Shown: positions 53,215-64,000 of the stretch, piece by piece | Layout: each line of letters opens with the position of its first letter | Numbering within the stretch: the first letter of the stretch is position 1 | Assembly: GCA_028826165.1 (NCBI GenBank) | Contig: JAPDFW010000126.1 | Location: forward strand, 96,515 to 160,514 | Length of the DNA: 64,000 nucleotides | Reading direction: 5' to 3' | DNA from: Anaeramoeba ignava BMAN | Taxonomy: Eukaryota; Protista; Anaeramoebae | Made by a program: the position numbers and the translations under genes | The notes under the pieces: model-generated | Database searches by the model: none | What the model was told of the DNA's origin: nothing | What the model saw: the letters and a program-made list of their open reading frames with translations, nothing else

Positions 53215-56200
53215 TTAATTCTTTAATTTAGAAAGAAGAAATTCATAACCTGATAATGAATGTTTAAGTAAAATTGATTTTGGAAAATATCTTGGAATTA
53301 AATCAAGTATTTGTTTTTCATTTTCATCATTTGGATCAATATAGATTATGAAATTTTTAAATTCAGTTTTTTCATTAAGACAATCTTCAATTTTCATTAA
53401 TGATTTTTTCCAAAGTGAAAGAAGAATTGGTAAATTAAAATATTCAATCATTTCATTCAATTCTTTTTTCTCTTTTTCTGATATTTCCTTTTTGAATTTT
53501 TCTGAAATCTTTTCTCTTGGTTCATAAAAATATTCTTCAAAATTTAAATGTAAATTAACTAAATGTTTTAATTTTAAATTTTGAATTGTTTTTGATCCAT
53601 TTTTTGTTGAAATTAAATTATTATTTCTTGATAAATGAAGATTTTTTTCTGCAAATTCAAGGAAATTTAAATTGGGAATATTATGTAAATGAACTGAATC
53701 TAATGGAATATTAGAACATGAGAAAACTACTATTTGAATTAAACTCATACATTGATTTATTGCATTTGTTTCTTCAAGTTCTTGAATAATTTCTTTCCAA
53801 ATTTGTTGTGGAATTTTTTCTTGTTGCCATCTTTGATCATTTAATCGTAATAATCTTTGATTAAAATTATCATTGAATATAAAATATTCAATTTTTGATT
53901 CAATCCATTTTGGTTTTGTTGTAATATTCAAAAAATCAATTAAATATTCTTTCAAAAGAATTACTGAAATTTGATAAATGTTATGATCATTAATAAAATC
54001 AATTACTTCTTCAGTATTTAAATGAATAATTTTTGATTTATCAAATTCTTCATAATTTAATGGGAAATTAATTGTAAATTTTTCAAAAGGATCAATCAAT
54101 CTCTTTACTTTTTTTTTCTCTTTATCTTGGTTATCTTTATGTTTATCTTGATTATCTTTATCTTTATCTTGATTATCTTTATCTTTATCTTTATCTTTAT
54201 CTTTATCTTTATCTTTATCTTTATCTTTATCTTTATCTTTATCTTTATCTTTATCTTTATCTTTATCTTTATCTTTATCTTTATGTTTATCTTTATCTTT
54301 ATCTTTATCTTTATCTTTATCTTTATCTTTATCTTTATCTTTATCTTTATCTTTATCTTTATCTTTATCTTGATTATATTTATGTTTATGTTGATGTTGA
54401 TGTTTATCTTGTTTATCTTTATCTTTATCTTTATCTTTATCTTTATCTTTATCTTTATCTTTCTCTTGATTATCTTTATCTTTATGTTTATGTTTATGTT
54501 TATGTTTATGTTTATCTTTATCTTTCTCTTTCTCTTTCTCTTTCTCTTTCTCTTTCTCTTTATCTTGATTATCTGTATTTTTGGAGGAAAAGTACAATGG
54601 ATTGTCTTTAATGAAATCAATAGGATCAAATCCATTATTATTATTCTTATTATTATCATTATCTTTCTTTTTGCATTTAAACAATTCTGGATGTTTTCGG
54701 TATTCCTCCTCGTAAGTACCTATTTGATTATAATTATTATTATTTTCCTTTTTCTCTATGTTTTTCTTTTTCTGTTTAATCAAAAATAAATATTTAATAT
54801 CTTTATTTCCCATTAATTGATTATGCATTGAAATTGCATATTTGATTAAACTTGGTACGCAAATAAAAACATCTTCTTCTCCTGATAAACAAAATGATAT
54901 TGGAAGATTTTTACTCATTTCAATTTGTTGAAGATAATTAGGTATTTCTCTACATCCAAAAACTCCTTTAACATCTTTCCATGTTAAATTCCAAAATTTT
55001 TCAAAATCTTCATACCATTTTTCAATCTTATTGCTTTTATCTTTATTCTTACTTTCTTCATTTTTGATAAATTTTTCTATTGTTAAATTTTCAGAATCTT
55101 TCTTTGAAATTTTCCCATTTAATGTTTCCATTACATAAGAAGTAAAATTTAAAAATCCTGGAAATAAACTTAGTGAATATAATTTTTTCCAATTTTTAAT
55201 AACAAAAAAAATAATTGGAGATTTTGGAATTTCTTCATTAACATCTTCTTTAAAAAATGAAAGGAATTGTTGATAAGTTTGCCTTTTATATGTAATAGAT
55301 TGATAAACCGTTTTATAATTATTTAATTCTTTAATAGCATTTTTGAATTCAATTCCTTGTTTTTCTTTTACAATTTCTAATATTTTTTGTTTCTTTTTTT
55401 GTAATTGATAACCAAAAAATGCTTCAATTTCTATTCTTTTGTTTTCATCTTTAAATTCATTAATATTTTCTGAACTAATTAATTTCCATTTATTATCACT
55501 TCCTAATTCATTTAGAAAATGATGATAAAAATGATAAGCATCTTCAATTGATAAATTTAAAATTTTTGCTAATAAAATAAAATCTTCTTCAACTTTAACT
55601 TTTAAAATTTCTTTTAATTCTTGAATATTTTTGGGTTTTTTCATATTTGGATTAATAATATTATTCAAAAAATTATTTGCAAAATGATCATTAATTGTTG
55701 AAAAACACAAAATAACACAATTTGTTATAATTTTTAAAATCAAATAACAATCATATTTTAAATTTGATCTGCATTGTTCATCTTCAATTTCATAAAATGA
55801 ATGTAAATAACCTAAAGGAGATGGGAAATCTTTTTCATTGGCTCTTGTTGTTCCATTTGATGGAGAATGATGTGTTCCTCCAATTTTTTCATTACAAACA
55901 GGACAAACTCCAATTTCATCTGGTTCTGCACATTCACCAATATAAAAAACATGATTATTTTTACATTTCCACCAAGCTCTTCCTCCTTTCAAATATTCTT
56001 TTAATAAAGGATGTCCTGGCATTCCAATCCAATATATTTCTTTCAATTCTTTCATTGTATTGATTGTTGAAGATTCTTCATAATTTTGCATCATTTCATT
56101 TGAAATTAATTTTTTTAATGGTTCAAAATTAATAGCTTCAATAAATTCAATTGTATGAAATATTATTGAAATAATTTCATTTGTAATTTTATTATCTTGA

Positions 56201-59200
56201 AGTTTCTTTCGAGAAATTGAAGCTATCATTAATGAATATTTTCCACTTTCATATTCTTTTTAAATTCTTAATTCCTTTCATTTCATTTTTGGAAATGTTC
56301 TACTAAACTTATTCCTTTTATATTTGGAATATCTATTTTATAATTAAATTCACAAGAAGCTAATTTATCCATTTTTATATCTGGAATTTTTTTTTGAAGT
56401 TTTTGAATATTTTGTGATATAAATTGACTTAATTCTTTTTGTCCTTTTCTTTCATATATTATTTTGCATAAATAAACAATCCAATTAATTCCAAGTTCAT
56501 TCTCAAATATTTTTGGATTCTCAATAATCATTTGATTTGGATTTTGAATAGAAAAAGATCTAAAATCTACTAATCGACTTATTTTATCAAAAGCTAATGG
56601 TTCTGTAATAAAATCTTCAAGAATAATTGCATTTTTTGAATTAGAATTATTGTTATTGTTTGATTTTGAAAATATCAATAAATCTTCGTTTTCAATTTTT
56701 CTCTTTTCATCAATCAAAATTTCTAAACATGAAAATGTAAGTTGATTATAACCATTTTGAAATAAATAATTTAAAGAATTATCCAAAATTTCTTTGAAAA
56801 TTTTCCAAATATTTTTATCTTTTTTTGAATATGAAATTAATTCACGAATCAATGAATTCATTACAAAATTTGATTTTATAAAATTTAATCTTCGGATATC
56901 TAATATTTTTTTTTCTTTCCCAACTAATATATTTATAAATTGATTAAAGTTTTCTTTTGCCTCATTTTCTTGTAAATTTGATTCAAATATAATTTTTGAA
57001 TTAATATTTTTCCAACATTTTCAAAGTAAAGTGTACAATAACCTCGAATTAAAGTTTGGTTTACTTTCCTTCTATGCTCTAATTGTTTTATTACTTCAGA
57101 TCCTGGATATTTTTTTTTATCTATTTTTTTTTTTGGTTGAGATTCTTTCCAAAATTTAATAAATAGATCAGTAATAGATTTGTTTAATTCATTTTGTTTC
57201 TTGTTTTTTTCATAATTTTTGAATAATTCCAAAATAATTTCTTTTTGTTTTTTTCTTAATTTTTCATTGAATGGAAATAATAAGGAAATAAAAATATTTC
57301 TTAATATCAAAAGTTTACTCCAATTTTCAATTAATTCTTTGGTTTTTTTCTTTGTTTTTTCATTATTTTTATTTTTACAATTTTTAATTAATGATAATAA
57401 AATATTTTGAATTTCGAAATTTGATTTTGAAATGATTCCACATACAAACTTTTTTAGACGATTATCTTTTTCATTAAATAATATATTTCTTAAACTTGAA
57501 AAATAACTTTCAAGAAATGAAAATATTGAAAATGTTTTCTTTTTTAATTCTTGTGATGTTTCCAATGTTTTAATATTTAGGATTGCCAATGAGTTGAAAT
57601 AATGTTGAATCAAAAATATATTATCTAACAAAGATTTTATATATTGAAAGAAAGTTGAATGAATTTCTTTTAAAGATAATCTAATAATTTTCTTATCATT
57701 AAATAATTCAATAAGATTTATTAAATTAATTTGAATTTGATTAAATTTTTCTAAATTTGTTTTTCCTATTGCAAAAATAAGGAAATCATTTAAATATCTA
57801 GAAAGAATATTTTCAATAAATTTTTCATTTTGATTTTGATTTTCAATTTCATTTTGATTTTGATTTTCAATTTCATTTTGATTTTGATTTTGATTTTGAT
57901 TTTCAATTTCATTTTCATTTTCATTTTCATTTTCATTTTCATTTTGAATTTCAATTTGATTTTCATTTTGATTTTCATTTTGATTTTCAATTTCATTTTC
58001 ATTTTGATTTTGATTTTCATTTTGATTTTCATTTTCAATTTGATTTTCAATTTGATTTTCAATTTGAATTTTAATTTGATTTTGATTTTGATTTTCAATT
58101 TGAATTTGAATTTCATTTTCATTTTGATTTTGATTTTGATTTTCAATTTCATTTTCATTTTTATTTTGATTTTGATTTTGATTTTGATTTTCAATTTGAT
58201 TTTGATTTTGATTTTGATTTTGATTTTCAATTTCATTTTCATTTTTATTTTGATTTTGATTTTGATTTTGATTTTCAATTTGATTTTGATTTTGATTTTG
58301 ATTTTGAATTTGATTTTGATTTTGATTTTGATTTTCATTTTGATTAATTTCTTTGAAAAGAGAACATTCACAAAATGGTAAATTAATTAATTCATTTAAA
58401 ACCTCCATATCTTTTGAAATAAAACCAAAATCTTCAATAAGTGAATAAATATAGAATGAAAATGGAAATTTTGAATTTTGAAATTTATCTTTCAAAAAAA
58501 ATTCATAACATGGAATTTCATATTCTTGTAAAATTGTAATCCAAATTCTTTTAATAATTAATTCTTCTTTTGATTCTTTTTCTTTGTTATTTAACAATTT
58601 CAAATTTTGATTTAAATTTAAATTATTAAGCATTAAACCAAAGATTTTGGAAATTTTTGAAACAAAAATATCAAAATAATAAGAAGTTATTGAATTAATT
58701 AAATTGTAATTTTTAAAAATTTCTTGTAAATTCCAATTATATAATTCTAATCCTTCCTTTTCTCCTGAATTAATAATTTTTATAAGAGATAAGAAAAAAG
58801 CATTTATAATTTCTTTATCATTCAATAATAAATCAAGAAGTTGATTAAATTCATTAATATATTTTTGATTTAATGGATTTGAAATTTGTGAAATTGAAAG
58901 AGGTTTAATTTCTTGAATAAATTGATGAAAATTTTCTTTTAAATTATAAATAATATCTTTGAGATTGAAATTTTGATTTTTCATTTTGATTAAATTAAAA
59001 TTATATTCTTGTTCCAATTCATTTAGATAATAAAATTCCCAATTATTTTCAAAACAATAAAATAAATCATCTTTTTGAAGAGGTGTTAAATGAAGAATAA
59101 GCATAATATAAGATTTATGATCTTTCAAACTATTATTCCTTCTTAGATTTTCTTTTACATCATTTTGGTTATTTTTTTGTTTTTTATTATAATTTTCTAA

Positions 59201-62200
59201 AAGTAGATTTTCAATAAGATATTTAACTTGATAAAACATTTGGAAAGAATTTCTGACAGAAATAGTAAAATGAACCTTTAAAATAAATTTTCATTATCCA
59301 TATTTTCAATCCATTGGTCTTTTAAATATTTCTCTAAATCTTTATCAGAATCATAATTTGAAACATCAATTTGAAGAATTTTATATCCTTTTAATAATTT
59401 CATGTTTTGTTGTATAATTGATGAACAAGTGAGAATAATAGAATTTTTAATTTTATTTTTTAAAATTTCTTTGTTGAATAAATCTTGTAAATTAATACGA
59501 AAATTTCTTTTATATTCTGTCAAAAAATTTTCCAACAATTTTTGATTTGATGATCTTAATTTTCCACTTGAAACTAAATCAATAACTTTAAACGTTTTAT
59601 CTATTCTACAAATTCTAATCCATTTTATTCTTGCTTCTTTTTCTATTTGATCCTTTGTTTTTGTTAAATTTTCTGATGAATTTAGTAATAGTTCATTTTG
59701 TAATTTTAATGCAAGCGAAGGAAAGAGATCATTATTATAATTGATTATTAAATTCTCTTTTTTAATTTGATAATTTGTTGCTTTTTCAATTCTTCCCAAA
59801 ATTTTAGTTTGTTTTTCAATAATTTGTTTTATTTGATCCTGTTTTATAAAATCTTCAGATATAAAAATTTGTTTTTCAAATCTATTTAAAATTGGTTCTA
59901 ATTCAAAATCATAAGCTCTTGTTTTATCAATTATAACAATAATCCTAAATTTTGGATCAACAAGAATATTTCGATTAATATCCCCAAATGAAACATTAGC
60001 AAAAAGTTTGTTTCCTTCTCTAATATAATTTTGATTTAATAAATCATATAAAGGTTCGTAAAGTTGTTCATTATTATATAAAATAATTGTTTGACCTGAT
60101 GAAACTGCATATTCAACTTTTTTGAGATTTTGAATTATTCTGAATCGACTTTTATCTTCTGCAAAAGATGAACCAAACAAAACAATAAAATTATTTTTAA
60201 TTTGTGAAATTATTAATGGAAGAATAGATAAATCGTTTGATAAAATCATTAAATGCCGAGAGAATTTTTGTGGATTATTTAGAAAATTATCTGAAAGTTT
60301 TTTGTTTGGGAAAGAATTATTATCAACAATTGAAAATGTTAAGTTTTGTTGTATTAATGGAAAAGTTGAAGGAATATATTTAGGTTGATCTATTTCAAGA
60401 ATTTCCATAATTTTAGGTTGAAGAATTTGAATAAAATGAGGTTTTGAACCAAAATTTCTATATATAGCATTCCAAATCATATCTGAGTTATTATATTCTA
60501 TTAAATTACTTGAGAAATTTAATCCAATCATTTTTAAAAAATAATAAAAATCTCTAAGTCCAAAATAATATCTTGGATTTTGTTTCTTTTCTTTTTCTTG
60601 AATATTAGGGAATTGATTATTAGAAATTAAATAATAAACTTGAGCAAGTTTATTTGCAAATTCTTTTGGGAATTTTGAATTAAATGAAAAAAGGATTCTT
60701 TGAGCTGTAAATGATAATTCTTCAATACTTGGATCAACTCTTTTCAATAATATTCCTCGATTTGTTTGACTTGGATCTAATTTCCAATTTGAAACTGATA
60801 TAATTGAAACAAATACTTCATCTTTTTGAATTAATAAATTTTGTTGTTTCATCAATTTTTTATCTACTTTTTCTAATTCAGAATGTAATATTGATAATGG
60901 AAGATCAGGACTAACTTCTGCAAGTGCAACTTCATCCAAAATAACTACACTAATAACATCTTCAGAATTAAATTTAGATGAATATTCTCGAGCTTTCTTA
61001 AATATATTATTGATTTCTGAAGCTTTGGTTATTGGAGAACATTGAATATAAAATGGTTTTAATGCAGGAAGATTTAATTCTTTTAAAATTGGATTGGAAT
61101 TTTTTGGTGGTTTCAATGTTTGCATTAAAATATTAATTGAAATTGATTTAGAAGAACCTGGTTTGCCAATTAAGAATAATGGAATTTGTGTATAACAACA
61201 AAAGAAAATCAAAAAAATATTTTCTTTTAATGCTTGATTAATTGCAACATTCCATTCTTTTACATTAATATCCAATTCTTTAATCAATTTTTCTTCTATT
61301 TCTTCAATAAATTTAAGAATATCATTTTCATTTTTCATTTCAATTTCCTTATTCTTATTCTTATTATTTTCATTTTTCTTTCCATTTTTCTTATAAAATT
61401 TGGAAAATTTTTCATAAAGAATTTTGAAATATGCTAATCTTAAATCTGAATTGAATTGACAACCAAAAGAAATGAATAATGATATAATAAATGAATCCAT
61501 AATTTTTTGATTTTGATTGTAGTTTTTTGATGGAAGTAAGAAATCTACATTTGTTTCTGTTAATAACCAATTAAAAATTTTGAGTGTTTTAGAACAATCT
61601 CTTAAAGAAACTGCACTTAATTTATCATTTGAATGGTACCGAAGAAAATTAAATGATTTAGCTAATAATTCTGTAAATAATTTTGTAAATTTTGTTGAAT
61701 CAATAAAAATTGATGATGATTTTTTTGAATTAATTTCATTAATAGAATTTTGGATTATTTTTTCTATATAAGGTTTTTCTGTTTGTTTTTTTAAATTTCC
61801 AAAATCAAAAATATCATCAAAAAATGAATCAGAAATTTGATGAACTCTATAAACTTCTTGTCTTAATAATTTCATTTCATCTTGTTTTTCTCCATAATCA
61901 AATATTAATCCTTCATCAGTTAAGAAATCTTCATCAGTTTTTGTTTTATTCCTTAATCTATAAGGATTTCCAGCTGCAATAAATTTAATTTGAGGAGAAA
62001 TAATTTTTCCATTTAAAGTTCTATCAAAAAAAAGAGATTTCATTAAAATTAAACATTTTTTGGGTGCTGTGTTGAATTCATCAAAGAAGATAATAATAAA
62101 TTTTTCTTCTTTTTGAATTTCTTTTTCTGAATTTTCAATAATTGAATAAATTTCTTTTCTTTTGGTTTTCCCATTAACTAGGAAAAGAATTAATTTTTGT

Positions 62201-64000
62201 TTCATAATTGTTTCACATAAATATTCAACTAATGATGTTTTCCCACATCCAGTTTCTCCAATCAAAATAATAGGAAGATTTGAAAGTAATTTATATTGAA
62301 TAAATATCATTTTCAAAAAATTATCATTCGTTAATACATATTTTGAATTGTTTTCTTTATGAGAAGATATAAGATTTTCGATTTCAATTTGAGATGGAGA
62401 TAAAGATAAAGATTTGAATAAAGAAAATAAAAATTCATAATCTTTACGTTTGGAATATTTTGGAAGAGGTTCATTAAATTTAAATCCATTTGCCTTTAAT
62501 ATTGGTTGTAGCTCTAGATCAAAAAATGCATTCATTGCATTTTTATCTGTTCCAAGAAGATTAAATCCACTTAAATATTTTAAATTTTCAACTTTTTCTT
62601 GATTTCCTTTTTTTTTGGTTGAAATTTTAAGAATAAGAATAAATAAATCTCTTTTTTCCCAAGGAAGTATTTCTTTAAAAATTTCACATGATTCCTTTAA
62701 TTCTATTAGATTATTATCCAATAATTTAGTCCAATCAAATGAACGATATATTAATTTAATAACTGAAAGGAAATAAGAATCTATGAATTTTTTTTGAAAT
62801 AATTCGCCTTTTTCTTCAGTTTGGAATAACTGTTTTGCCATTTTTGGATCAAGATATTCATAACCCATTAATAAATTAATATGATATTTCAAAACCATCC
62901 AAAAATTTGATAATAATCTAAATGTTAATTCTCCTGTATTAAAATGTTCTAAAATTAATTTTGAGCTTGATTTGAATATTTTCTTTTGATAAAGTAAAGA
63001 TTTATCATTAAATATTTCAATTCTTTTTTCTTTTTTTTTTCCTTCTAATAGTTTAAATTTTTGTTCATAAAATTCAAATAAATTAGAAACATGAATTAAA
63101 TCTTGATCTTCATATTTTGATATTTCTCCATTTTTTGTTGGAATATAATAATCAAAAGAAAAGAATTTTTCTTAACTTTGCATTTTTTTTTTCTTCCAAA
63201 TATTTAAGTGTAGGGAATAATATAAAATCTTTTTTTGGTTCATCTACTCTATAACTTGGAATTTCAAAAATCAAAATTACATTATTTGAAATATTCCATG
63301 CAAAATTATTATTTGGTAAATATTTTTTGTTTTCGATTGAACCCCACATTATTAAAGTCCAAAGATAATCTGAAATTTCAATTTTTGAAGAATAAGGTAA
63401 TTCAATATGAATATAAATTTTTCTTTTAAATTTTCATTTAAAATAATATTTGAAAAATCATTAAGTTTTTGATAATTTCTGATTTTTTTTCTGATGTAAT
63501 CGTGATATTATGATATTTAAAATCTGTTTTTGGATTTTTGATTTTGTTCATAACACCATTTCCTTATTTGAAATGTTTTTCCATTTCCTGCAAATTTTGA
63601 AGTAAAAACAATAAGTTGTTTAGAAAATGAATTAATTTCAATAAACTTGCGATATATATCATAATTATTTAATGCTTCAATATATCCCTTTTCAATTAAT
63701 CAGAACGAAATGAATAAATCAAATTTTTAGATAGAAACCCTTCTCCTGAAAAAAGAAAATAATTAATGGATATTTGGTTTCAAAATTAATTGATTGAATT
63801 TTTGAGATGAGGAAACTTTGTTTCTTTTTAGGTAATCTATTTCCATGAACCAATGAAAATAGAAAAAGGATTATTATTATTATTTTTTAATTTTTTCTTT
63901 TGTTCTGAGAAAATTCATTTGAATTATAAAGTTCACAATTTTCAAAAATTAGAAATATCATCTTTTTGTTTGTTTATCACAATTGAATTTGTTCTCTTTT
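53215..64000 (-). CDS. RNF213/mysterin-like giant AAA+ E3 ligase, paralogue B (5' end outside window; several frameshifts)
   Basis: [11 protein letters not shown] (~63570-63605), [113 protein letters not shown]; RZ finger [33 protein letters not shown]. Confidence 0.9.
54120..54575 (-). repeat. Coding hexamer repeat encoding (DK)n/(HK)n/(EK)n
   Basis: (ttatct)n on the + strand, in frame within ORF 53215-56229. Confidence 0.9.
57825..58345 (-). repeat. Coding hexamer repeat encoding (NQ/NE/IE)n
   Basis: (gatttt/catttt)n on the + strand, in frame within ORF 56933-59239. Confidence 0.9.

Noticed and set aside
54105-58381. (IK)n, (IF)n and (KM)n ORFs that look like membrane or basic proteins
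   Set aside because: Alternative frames or antisense of coding hexamer repeats in RNF213-like B.
1-64000. Transposons, inteins, tRNA or rRNA genes
   Set aside because: No transposase, reverse transcriptase, Hint or structured-RNA signature recognised by eye; small RNAs could have been missed.

Overview
Very AT-rich, gene-dense eukaryotic DNA (standard code, GT-AG spliceosomal introns) from an anaerobic protist. The [FeFe]-hydrogenase-family gene, Trichomonas-type TCATT initiator motifs, ankyrin-BTB protein and RNF213-like paralogues suggest a metamonad such as Anaeramoeba; this is inference, not tested. Gene order: WD40-[FeFe]-hydrogenase-like fusion (-, runs off the left edge), degenerate RNF213/mysterin-like giant AAA+ gene (-), 154-bp satellite, EPG5 (+), PSF2/GINS2 (+), AP-4 mu (-), SAC9-type phosphoinositide phosphatase (-), SEH1 (-), Gemin6 (+), DPH6 (-), small coiled-coil gene (-), ankyrin-BTB-BTB gene (-), and a second RNF213-like gene with intact AAA motifs and RZ finger (-, runs off the right edge). 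I assembled the exon structures by hand. Main observations: (1) an 8-repeat WD40 propeller spliced in frame to a hydrogenase that keeps its Fe-S relay but has lost the H-cluster catalytic residues; (2) an apparently active and an apparently dead RNF213-like paralogue; (3) large introns made of simple repeats almost free of sense-strand AG/GT; (4) tandem Inr motifs before nearly every ATG. Several 1-nt frameshifts sit in homopolymers and are probably assembly errors.
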